The notes under the pieces are model-generated. The model worked only from the letters and a program-made list of their open reading frames with translations, made no database searches and had not been told where the DNA came from. From a virus: a stretch of 64,000 nucleotides of DNA. The DNA is taken from IMG/VR virus record IMGVR_UViG_3300021962_000077, positions 1 through 64,000 of that record, one strand, 5' to 3'. This document shows, one piece after another, positions 56,114-64,000 of the stretch. Each line of letters opens with the position of its first letter. The first letter of the stretch is position 1. The position numbers and the translations under genes are program-made.

Positions 56114-56740
56114 ATGGAATTAAAACATGTAGGTAGAGTTGTTGGTACTGGACGTAAATGTCTAGTAGCCTATAGAACATTGCCCGGAGATTCTAGTAAT
56201 TGCTTAATTGTCCCGACAGAAGGCCTAACTGATGCACAACACGATGCAATTATTAACTTAGTAAACAGCACGGCAGGACAAGATGCAAATGAATTTGCGG
56301 AAGTAATGGCAAGAACTAATTTTCCCGACGGAAGTATCATGTTGGCTAACCTACATGTTAATGGAAAATTAATTAAAGTATCCACTAGTCAAATTGAAAT
56401 GACTCCTAATACTCAGATGAAAATTTTGTTATCTGAGTTAAACCAGATTATTGCCGAACAACGAGGTCTAACTGTCGATCAATTAGCTATTCAAACTAAG
56501 GATACTAAAGGATCAGAAGTTAAAGAAATAGCATCTGCTAAGGACATAAGTCCAAAACAAGGCGAAGATGTTACTAAAACTGTTGAAGAAAGACAAGCAG
56601 AAGTTTTAGCAGATAGCTCTATGACTCCGGAACAGAAAGCTTCTAAACTACGCAGTGAAGCAGATCGTTTATACAAGCAGGCCGCTATTTTAAGAAAAGA
56701 AGCCGAAGAACTAAGTCCAATAAAGAAAAAAGAAAAGTGA
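56114..56740 (+). CDS. Hypothetical protein
   Basis: SD ggag; LKHVG N-terminus; coiled-coil C-terminus. Confidence 0.65.
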   Translation: MELKHVGRVVGTGRKCLVAYRTLPGDSSNCLIVPTEGLTDAQHDAIINLVNSTAGQDANEFAEVMARTNFPDGSIMLANLHVNGKLIKVSTSQIEMTPNTQMKILLSELNQIIAEQRGLTVDQLAIQTKDTKGSEVKEIASAKDISPKQGEDVTKTVEERQAEVLADSSMTPEQKASKLRSEADRLYKQAAILRKEAEELSPIKKKEK

Positions 56741-57057
56741 CATTAAAAGGAAGAAATTTTCCTAAAGATGTCATCGCACACTGGCCTGAGGTATTCGGGG
56801 AGATAAATCTCAACGTAGTACCGCTAAAATATTTACATACTATCAGTGTGACATTTAAAGATGGCAAAGTTTGGGAAATTGATGTAACGAAAAACGGTAA
56901 GAATAATAACTGGGATTCTTTTGAAAAGGAGATCCAAGAAATATTTGTCACCTATGAGGAAAATATCGATAACATTGACTTTCAGATAAACACTGAAAAA
57001 GTCAAAAGCGATATAATAAAAACCACTGCAAAATTTTTAAAGAAAAAGAAATTATAA
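56737..57057 (+). CDS. Hypothetical protein
   Basis: 106-aa ORF, GTG start. Confidence 0.6.
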   Translation: MTLKGRNFPKDVIAHWPEVFGEINLNVVPLKYLHTISVTFKDGKVWEIDVTKNGKNNNWDSFEKEIQEIFVTYEENIDNIDFQINTEKVKSDIIKTTAKFLKKKKL

Positions 57058-57744
57058 ATGAAAGTCAGATTACTGTCATATAGTCAACCAACAGAAGAAT
57101 TTTTTGATCAGGGAATTTCTGATGCTCAAGAGTTAATTGCTTATTGTGCTAGAGTATCTAATCCAAGTAATCAACTTAATACTGATACTAGTGAAAAACT
57201 AATTAGATATCTAATCAAACATCAGCACTGGAGTCCTTTAGAAATGGTTAGTGCTTGTATTGAGATTACTACAACAAGAGATATTGCAAGGCAAATTTTA
57301 AGGCACAGAAGTTTTAGTTTCCAAGAATTTAGCCAACGTTATGCAGATCCTACTAAAGATCTTAATTTTGTCCTTAGAGAAGCAAGATTACAAGATCCAA
57401 AAAATAGACAGAACAGCATCGATGTTGTACAAGACACTCCAGAATCACGTATTCTAGCCACAGAGTGGGAACGTGCTCAACAACGAGTGTTATATGCAGT
57501 TAAAGAAGCATACCAGTGGGCCATTGATCATGGTATTGCTAAAGAACAGGCTCGTGCTGTACTACCCGAAGGTATGATGGAAAGCCGGTTATATATGAAC
57601 GGCACACTGCGTAGTTGGATACATTTTATAGAACTACGCAGTGCTAACGGCACACAAAAAGAACATCAAGAAGTTGCCAAGGCCTGTGCCTCGGTTATTG
57701 CGACTGTATTTCCGCTTGCTTCAGACTTAATAAGTACTGATTAA
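57058..57744 (+). CDS. thyX: Flavin-dependent thymidylate synthase
   Basis: HWSPLE, RHRSFSFQEFSQRY, ARAVLP, R....TQKE. Confidence 0.95.
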   Translation: MKVRLLSYSQPTEEFFDQGISDAQELIAYCARVSNPSNQLNTDTSEKLIRYLIKHQHWSPLEMVSACIEITTTRDIARQILRHRSFSFQEFSQRYADPTKDLNFVLREARLQDPKNRQNSIDVVQDTPESRILATEWERAQQRVLYAVKEAYQWAIDHGIAKEQARAVLPEGMMESRLYMNGTLRSWIHFIELRSANGTQKEHQEVAKACASVIATVFPLASDLISTD

Positions 57745-58780
57745 ATCTACCTTCTAACCAAGCCCAGTCATTAATCTTACGAAGTCCTTCTGGATTTTGT
57801 TTATTATCTAATCCAAATCTTCTTCCGGCAATCGCACCTGCTACAATATATTGTCCGTAGGTTGTTTTCTTACCTCTAGTACACCATGCAGCAAGACGCT
57901 TATCTGTTTCTAACTGAACTTGTCGATCAATTACTGCACTTGCTAGTTTAGCACATTCTCTAAATGCAGCTCTCCAGCTAGCGAAAGGACTAGTGTCAAA
58001 AGTATTATAATTACTTATTTGCTCCATAATCTTAATATTTGCGCCGATACTAGTAGTTACGTCTACACTGTCTCTGCTAGCTTGAAGTATTAAGTGTCTA
58101 GGAATAAGTTTTACTCCGCCATTACCATAGATTAAGTCATTAACTCTGTTTTTACTTTGCCAAATATGGACTACGTCAAAGTCCCAGCTTGGCACTTCAT
58201 AATCGAAATTAAAATCTTCAGCTATCTCTGCATCTGCATCAACTACCCAGAAAAAATCTGTAGAGCTAGAAACGGCTGCACAAAAATGAGCATTAAAAAT
58301 ACCTTTAATATTTTTTATATGTTTTGCATGTGGATATTTTGTTAACAGATGTTGAAAATTTATATCTGCATTTTTTTCTTTATATGACAAAAAGAATACA
58401 TCATATAACTTATTATAAAATACACCAAAGTCAATAAACTTTACATTATTAAAAAAGTTTTTTTCAAACTCATCATCTGTAAACTTATAGTCTTTAGGAA
58501 TTAAAAATAAATTTGAATACTTTAATAGCTGGTGATGTACATATGACTCGTCCCATTTAGGAATTGTAAAATGCTGCATATCTTTAGACATGCCTATGTC
58601 AGCAGGAATAAGCCAAAACATTTTTGTATTAATTTGAGCTTGAAGTCTTTTAGCGTATATAACGTAATTAAATTCTTTATCAACTTGAATAGTTTTAGAC
58701 TTTGGATATTTTGCCTTTAACCAATTAAGTTTATACTCGGGGAAATCTTTCTGATGATAAAACACAATATCGTAAAACAT
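57695..58780 (-). CDS. Glycosyltransferase-like protein with internal duplication
   Basis: FWVVDADA (DxD), YGNGGVKL, WRAAFRE; degenerate N-terminal copy (FWLIPAD...WDESYVH). Confidence 0.6.
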   Translation of the reverse strand: MFYDIVFYHQKDFPEYKLNWLKAKYPKSKTIQVDKEFNYVIYAKRLQAQINTKMFWLIPADIGMSKDMQHFTIPKWDESYVHHQLLKYSNLFLIPKDYKFTDDEFEKNFFNNVKFIDFGVFYNKLYDVFFLSYKEKNADINFQHLLTKYPHAKHIKNIKGIFNAHFCAAVSSSTDFFWVVDADAEIAEDFNFDYEVPSWDFDVVHIWQSKNRVNDLIYGNGGVKLIPRHLILQASRDSVDVTTSIGANIKIMEQISNYNTFDTSPFASWRAAFRECAKLASAVIDRQVQLETDKRLAAWCTRGKKTTYGQYIVAGAIAGRRFGLDNKQNPEGLRKINDWAWLEGRFNQYLLSLKQAEIQSQ

Positions 58781-59700
58781 TATTCTTTGTCCAATACTTT
58801 AAAATCTAATCTTGTATAATCAACATGCACCATTTTAAAAAACTTACTGGCATTTGCATCAAGTATACTAATAGGTAAATCTAGTCGTGATTTCAATTCG
58901 ACTCCTAGACGTTCTGCTTCTTGTAAAGCTTCATCGTCTGTTTTAGCAGATAATGAATTCCAAATTGTATCTAGGTGATCGAAATCTCTTACGTTTACAT
59001 AATCCCATGATTTATCAAAGTTTGTCATGTAACAACCTTGCCTTGATCCAAGTATTGCCCATACTCCATTTGGTACATCCATGCCAACATTCATCCATGT
59101 TACAAGTCTATGCAAATTTTTCCAATGGATTTGATTAATAAATGTGCCAGGGTCTACTGTTACACCCCTATCTAAACTCATCTTAACGCCTTCACGGAAT
59201 CCTGCACGCCATGCTTGGTATGGACTAGCATTGTTATGCACATTGCTATAACAAGCATTCATTTGAATATATTCAGCATCCCAACAAAAATCAACTTGGG
59301 CATTAGGATCGTCAGCAGGTGCGTTTTCATGCGTTTTCATGTTTAACACGTATTCCTTTGGCCACAACTTCAGTCCACCGTTTCCGTACATAAGACCATT
59401 TATAGCGTTATATCCTGCCCAAGAAATTACACATTTTGTCAAATCTTTATTTGTATCAAAGTCAACTTCTTGATTAAAAAATTCTTCACGAACAATATTA
59501 TCACCGTCAACTGTAATAAATCTATCTGTTTCGCTTAATTTAGCACAGGCTTTATGGGCAGCATCGCTACCTTTAACTCCATGTACACGTTTAGCCCAAG
59601 GTGCTTTATTGCATAAGTCTGCATAATTTTTTTCAGCATTAGGTTCGTCGTAACTAAGATATATAATATCAAAATCTATTATTTTAAACTTTTGGCTCAT
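58780..59700 (-). CDS. Glycosyltransferase-like protein (paralog of 57695-58780)
   Basis: LSYDEPNA, FITVDGD, YGNGGLKL, WRAGFREG. Confidence 0.6.
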   Translation of the reverse strand: MSQKFKIIDFDIIYLSYDEPNAEKNYADLCNKAPWAKRVHGVKGSDAAHKACAKLSETDRFITVDGDNIVREEFFNQEVDFDTNKDLTKCVISWAGYNAINGLMYGNGGLKLWPKEYVLNMKTHENAPADDPNAQVDFCWDAEYIQMNACYSNVHNNASPYQAWRAGFREGVKMSLDRGVTVDPGTFINQIHWKNLHRLVTWMNVGMDVPNGVWAILGSRQGCYMTNFDKSWDYVNVRDFDHLDTIWNSLSAKTDDEALQEAERLGVELKSRLDLPISILDANASKFFKMVHVDYTRLDFKVLDKE

Positions 59701-60331
59701 ATTTTTCCTTTAATGCATATGAATCAAAAAATTTGATAGTAAACAATCTTATTTTAGAAGTAATTGATTCTACTATCATTTCGTGCGGAACAGTAACTGA
59801 TCCTTTGGCAATTAATTCATTTAAATCAACATTAAATACTCTGTATAAAATATTTTTGTTTTCTTGAGATGTAACATAAACTTGTTTCATATAGTTGGCA
59901 ACAGCATTATGTAATCGTTGTTTTTCTTCCTCATCTAATACTATTACCCAATTTTTATTTTCAATGTCGTTTAAGATAGTAATAGTAGCTGGATTATCCG
60001 TTTGGGGTATTAAAATTAATGTTGACGACTTAGAATTTAAAGTAACAATTTTAGGAACAATATCAAATTTGTTATTTACATCAGTAACTACTTTAAATTG
60101 TGCAGTACTTTCCCCGCTAGGGATTAAACTGCTGAGATCCTCACTATTAATTTCAAAGCAAGGTACTTCTATATTAGAATTCTGTCGATCAGTAATAGAT
60201 AAAATATCACCTGTTACTTTATCAAAGTACACATATCTTGTATTACTAAATTTTAAAGATGCTTCAATTTCAGCAAGTTCTTCAGGAGTTAGATCAAACT
60301 CAACTTCTAAATCTTCATATTCTTCATTCAT
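59684..60331 (-). CDS. Hypothetical protein
   Basis: 215-aa ORF inside the GT operon. Confidence 0.65.
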   Translation of the reverse strand: MNEEYEDLEVEFDLTPEELAEIEASLKFSNTRYVYFDKVTGDILSITDRQNSNIEVPCFEINSEDLSSLIPSGESTAQFKVVTDVNNKFDIVPKIVTLNSKSSTLILIPQTDNPATITILNDIENKNWVIVLDEEEKQRLHNAVANYMKQVYVTSQENKNILYRVFNVDLNELIAKGSVTVPHEMIVESITSKIRLFTIKFFDSYALKEKYEPKV

Positions 60332-61160
60332 TGATCTTCTCCAAGTATGTAACTATATCATCTGTTAAGAATTCATTTTCTATATAATGAAAAATACCTG
60401 TTTGTCTGTATTGGTTAACGTAAAATTCAAATTCGTCATTAAAATAATAGTCACATGCATTAACCCAACTATCATGTACCGTAGGCCATCCTTGAATGTT
60501 AGGTCTCATATGAGCAAATGATACATTTAATCTTGGTTGCACTACTGCATCATCCATTCCAGTAATTTTTAAAGCTATAGCGGCACTAACGTCCATACTT
60601 AACCATCTTTGTTTAGCCTTAGGAGTTAATTTGCTATACGTTGTTTGCCAATTATTAACAATAAATTCAAGTGTTTTATAAAAAGCAAAAGCTTCTGGTG
60701 TCTTTTTAAAATAATGAAAACCAAAATAAACATTTGGAAGATCGTTATAAACAAACACCTGTCTATTTAATTCATTGGAAACAATATTTCCTCTATAATC
60801 TTTTACAGACGATGCAAAAAATATTTCGTGATTTGATAATAATTCCCATTTAGATACTAGATCATCTAAGACAATCATATCTGTATCTAATACGATAGTC
60901 TCATCATACGGTGAAGCATGGATGAATTTCCATCTATTTTCAACTTTCCATGCAGATTCTTCTGCATGGTCCTTCCAAGGAATTGGAATAACTTGATCAA
61001 ACACTGCTAGATATTGTTCTGGTACTTGATCATTAGTGATAATACTAATAGCAGAATATGTTGACTGTGTTTTTTTAATTGATAATGCAAGTGCATAGGC
61101 TTGTCTTACATAATCTATGCCTTCGCTGTTTTGTGCTAAAACTAAAAAACCTTTACTCAT
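60324..61160 (-). CDS. GT-A glycosyltransferase (GT8-like)
   Basis: AQN...YVRQA, SPYDETIVLDTD, FHY. Confidence 0.7.
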   Translation of the reverse strand: MSKGFLVLAQNSEGIDYVRQAYALALSIKKTQSTYSAISIITNDQVPEQYLAVFDQVIPIPWKDHAEESAWKVENRWKFIHASPYDETIVLDTDMIVLDDLVSKWELLSNHEIFFASSVKDYRGNIVSNELNRQVFVYNDLPNVYFGFHYFKKTPEAFAFYKTLEFIVNNWQTTYSKLTPKAKQRWLSMDVSAAIALKITGMDDAVVQPRLNVSFAHMRPNIQGWPTVHDSWVNACDYYFNDEFEFYVNQYRQTGIFHYIENEFLTDDIVTYLEKINE

Positions 61161-61992
61161 TTATACATCTCGCTAAACTATACTTGTTCATAACATGAAT
61201 ATCTAAATTATCAGTTTTTATTAGAGTATATTCTCCAATATAATTTTGTTTTTCAACTAGCATAGTCATTGACGTATCTGTTGATGACACTAGTACATCC
61301 CTATCACGTGTATAGTACAATTTTCCAGGTAATGAACTTATTAAACTAGCACCGGTGCTACCATTTAACATATGAATAGCTATGCTAAAAGCATAATCAT
61401 TTCTAAAACTACTTGGTCCAATTGCATAAAGTAGCCTATAGTAGGCCCAATTATATCTAATGTGTTGTACAATTTTAAAAAAAGATTTAGCTAAAGATGT
61501 TTTTTTAAAATAAAAAACTGTTGCCCAATAAAAAGGTATTGTGTATTGATTAAAATATTCAAAACTACTTGTATCGCGCCACTGTGCTAGATCGTAACCT
61601 GTTTTATATATAGCAAGATCACTTTCTAAATCCCAAACTTGATTTAAATTATCAGAATTTAAAATATAATCTACATCCATTATTATTGTTTCGTCATATG
61701 GGCTTATGTCATATGCATCTGCTCTAGTGAAATTTTTCCATGGCAGAACTTTATTAGTAATAGATCCATCATAAAATTGTTTTTTTTGAACATATGATGA
61801 ATTAATATCTATAATATGTTCAAATACATTAATTTTTTCTGGGTACGTTCTCTCAATGTAATCCCTATTGTCTGTAGCAAGTGTAACAGAAACATTTAAA
61901 AATTTTTTGATTCGATCTGCGGCAAAAATAGCCATCTGAACATAGTCAATATCAGGGTTATTTTGAGCAAATAAAAGAACACCCTTGCTCAT
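61153..61992 (-). CDS. GT-A glycosyltransferase (paralog)
   Basis: AQN...YVQMA, SPYDETIIMDVD, RND, HVMNK. Confidence 0.7.
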   Translation of the reverse strand: MSKGVLLFAQNNPDIDYVQMAIFAADRIKKFLNVSVTLATDNRDYIERTYPEKINVFEHIIDINSSYVQKKQFYDGSITNKVLPWKNFTRADAYDISPYDETIIMDVDYILNSDNLNQVWDLESDLAIYKTGYDLAQWRDTSSFEYFNQYTIPFYWATVFYFKKTSLAKSFFKIVQHIRYNWAYYRLLYAIGPSSFRNDYAFSIAIHMLNGSTGASLISSLPGKLYYTRDRDVLVSSTDTSMTMLVEKQNYIGEYTLIKTDNLDIHVMNKYSLARCINE

Positions 61993-62336
61993 ACTGAAAT
62001 TAAATCCTGAATTCTACGTTTAGATTTGATTTCGGAGTACTTAGAAAAGTATTCATTACTGGCTTTAAAATATTGAGATGATATTTCTTCATGAAAAGTT
62101 TTTATATTTTCAATATTAACTGGTATTTGATTAATGTCTATTAGTATACAGTTCAAACTTCCTGCATCAATAATCGATTTTACAAATGAAATTAGTTCTA
62201 GTGTGATATGAAAACTAGAACCATTTACATAATAAATTAAATTTTGTTGAAATTCTTCAAACGCTGCATTACGTTGATTTGTCAGAGTAGCCATATAATT
62301 GGCTGTTTGAAATGCTTTTTCTAATTGCTCGTCCAT
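61989..62336 (-). CDS. Hypothetical protein
   Basis: 115-aa ORF with SD gggag. Confidence 0.65.
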   Translation of the reverse strand: MDEQLEKAFQTANYMATLTNQRNAAFEEFQQNLIYYVNGSSFHITLELISFVKSIIDAGSLNCILIDINQIPVNIENIKTFHEEISSQYFKASNEYFSKYSEIKSKRRIQDLISV

Positions 62337-62339
62337 GAG

Positions 62340-62377
62340 ATCTCCCGCTGTATAGTGTAATTATCTCAGCGGGAGAT
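62340..62377 (-). promoter_or_regulatory. RBS-sequestering hairpin with TAATTA in the loop
   Basis: Perfect 11-bp stem atctcccgctg/cagcgggagat; SD in the 3' arm on the minus strand. Confidence 0.65.
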
Positions 62378-62396
62378 GATAGATAACTAATTCTGG

Positions 62397-63353
62397 TTAC
62401 AGAGTTGTTTGGTTAGCAATCGTTGGAGTGATTGCAAATGCACCTTGAATTGGAGTAACTGTAAAGGTACTTGTAATTGTACCGCTTAGAACTTCGTCAA
62501 TCGCTGGGCCAATACCAGTTTGAGTGCCTAAGTCTCCGTCAGTTAATGTTGCTGTAAGTTCAATTACATACGGACTTGTAGTAACATATCTCGCCTGAAC
62601 AGTAAATGTGTTAAGAGCATAAGGAGCACTTTGAGTACTAGTATAAATTGTTTGATTAACACCCGACAGTGTAATGCTACTAGTAGTACCGCTTGCTCCG
62701 CTGCGTGTAACAGTAAATGCTCCAAATGTAGAACTACTTTGATTAACAGCAAATGTTAAGGTACCCATACCAGATAATGTATTAACCCATGCTGTGTATT
62801 TGTTGTTTACAACACCACTGGCCAAACTAGCTGTGTAATTAATTTTTCCGCCTGCATTGAAGAAATATCTAGCTTGCACAGTGTCTGTTAGTGTAACTCT
62901 AGCCACATGTGTGATAGATGGAGCTGTTAAAGTTGTACCCCATGCAGTAGATCTGGTAGATGTTACTGCAGAACTGCCTAGTTGTGAACCGGCTGCTAGG
63001 AACCTGTCAGTTACAACTGCACTAGCAACACCTTGATACTGTGTTACGATAGCATTAGAAATAACTGTACCGCTAGCAATCGTAACCAAGTTAGCCCATG
63101 CAGGACCTTGTCCTGTACCAGTGCCTACTGATCCGATCTGTTTTGTTCGTGCTTTTGCTAAATCAGTTCTTAAATTAATCCAGCTTGAAGCACGAATAAT
63201 GCTACCAGCTGTTACGGCCGAGCTGGCCAATGATTGGCCGTAGCCATATCTCGAGTCTGCTAAATCAGTTGCTGGATTAGTACCACCTGTACCAAGAACT
63301 GCTGCTGCTTTTTTTTGAATAGCGTTAAATGTCGCTGCTGAAATTGTTGCCAT
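62397..63353 (-). CDS. Virion structural (tail) protein
   Basis: GYGQ, W..LR.D, ARYFFNAGG motifs; T/S/G/A-rich. Confidence 0.65.
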   Translation of the reverse strand: MATISAATFNAIQKKAAAVLGTGGTNPATDLADSRYGYGQSLASSAVTAGSIIRASSWINLRTDLAKARTKQIGSVGTGTGQGPAWANLVTIASGTVISNAIVTQYQGVASAVVTDRFLAAGSQLGSSAVTSTRSTAWGTTLTAPSITHVARVTLTDTVQARYFFNAGGKINYTASLASGVVNNKYTAWVNTLSGMGTLTFAVNQSSSTFGAFTVTRSGASGTTSSITLSGVNQTIYTSTQSAPYALNTFTVQARYVTTSPYVIELTATLTDGDLGTQTGIGPAIDEVLSGTITSTFTVTPIQGAFAITPTIANQTTL

Positions 63354-63365
63354 TTCTTTAATTCC

Positions 63366-64000
63366 TTATATAATAATTGCTTCTACAAGCTTCACACCAG
63401 CATCATTACTTGATTCAAGTGCTATTGCAAACGTGTCTGGAAAACTACTTGCTCTTACAGGAGTGCCTACTAATAATAAACGGGCAGCACCTGCGCATCC
63501 ATTACTAGAAGCAACTAGTCTATCACCTTTTTGTACTGGTCCAAGAACTTTTATTGGTACTCGACCCTTAAGAGCGACCGGTGTGCCACCAGCTAGACCT
63601 TGATTCATCAAGTAAGCGGGCGCTGCACTCACAGCTCCAAATGCTCTTGATCCAGGTTGGCATGCAGTTACTTCTTGTTCTCCACCTACCATTAGTACAG
63701 TACCTACTTCGTATTCTGCATCGGCAAGGTATTTCTCTGCCAAGTCAGCTTCATCTGCAAATATTGCATTACCTCTGAAGGTAACAGCATAGATATCTCC
63801 TGCGCTGTCACGTGCCGCTACAGTATTAACAGTATTAGCAGTGTCGGCTAATAGATAAGATCCACCATCGACTTGCAATCTATCAGATTGAGTGGCTGTT
63901 CCATAGAAATTATCTGCCCAAACTTCGGTAAATCCTAGCGATGAATTACCTATTTTGCTGACTGCATCAGTGACCGGTAATAGATCTCTACCCGATAACT
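63366..64000 (-). CDS. Tail fibre C-terminal part with intramolecular-chaperone-like domain, truncated by the window edge
   Basis: ADLAEKY.AD..YE.GTV...PAYLMN...VALKGRVP.KV; frame continues upstream of 63878. Confidence 0.7.
   Translation of the reverse strand, partial: LSGRDLLPVTDAVSKIGNSSLGFTEVWADNFYGTATQSDRLQVDGGSYLLADTANTVNTVAARDSAGDIYAVTFRGNAIFADEADLAEKYLADAEYEVGTVLMVGGEQEVTACQPGSRAFGAVSAAPAYLMNQGLAGGTPVALKGRVPIKVLGPVQKGDRLVASSNGCAGAARLLLVGTPVRASSFPDTFAIALESSNDAGVKLVEAIII

Noticed and set aside
57695-57744. 50-bp convergent overlap of thyX and the GT-like gene as antisense regulation
   Set aside because: Short tail-to-tail overlaps are common in compact phage genomes; no structure or other evidence.
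276-63778. Short antisense and out-of-frame ORFs in the track (e.g. 18810-19289, 23429-23893, 59895-60368)
   Set aside because: They lie within well-supported genes, lack SDs and motifs, and look like shadow frames.
1-64000. Stop-codon reassignment (TAG/TGA recoding as in some large phages)
   Set aside because: Conserved genes are full length in the standard code, and both TAG (e.g. 22173, 48770) and TGA end genes at sensible positions.
1-64000. CRISPR array, tRNA genes, rRNA, integrase or transposase
   Set aside because: No repeat-spacer arrays, cloverleaf/T-loop signatures or recombinase motifs seen by eye; intergenic gaps are short. A tRNAscan-SE run would confirm.

Overview
AT-rich 64 kb segment of a large lytic dsDNA phage genome (T4-like/jumbo myovirus-type gene content; a spanin pair implies a Gram-negative host). 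It is read in the standard genetic code, is densely packed, and is mostly on the + strand. In order: tail/virion genes with a papain-like protease and a fatty-acid desaturase (1-9.3 kb); a truncated DnaE-like gene, GroES, clamp loader, dCMP deaminase and PhoH; a lysis cassette (GH19 endolysin, spanins, holin); DnaJ-ClpA; a ~10.5 kb cluster whose proteins share a capsid-targeting-like N-terminal peptide and include three different nucleotidyltransferase folds and a protease-deaminase fusion; Dps followed by a candidate structured ncRNA; a family-B DNA polymerase, UDP-sugar dehydrogenase and probable sliding clamp; a 7-deazaguanine gene set (TGT/DpdA-like, QueD-like, FolE, QueE) interleaved with a GT4 glycosyltransferase, cupin, PRTase and HIT hydrolase; RNase H-like nuclease, AAA+/VWA pair and ThyX; and a minus-strand tail plus glycosyltransferase operon. 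Best leads: (1) a possibly clamp-tethered, possibly glycosylated 7-deazaguanine DNA modification system; (2) a putative virion-packaged enzyme cargo cluster; (3) recurrent cis-RNA switches (late promoter inside an RBS-sequestering hairpin, tandem operator hairpins at the polymerase, a ~90 nt RNA after dps). All calls come from motif recognition by eye; no database searches were run.
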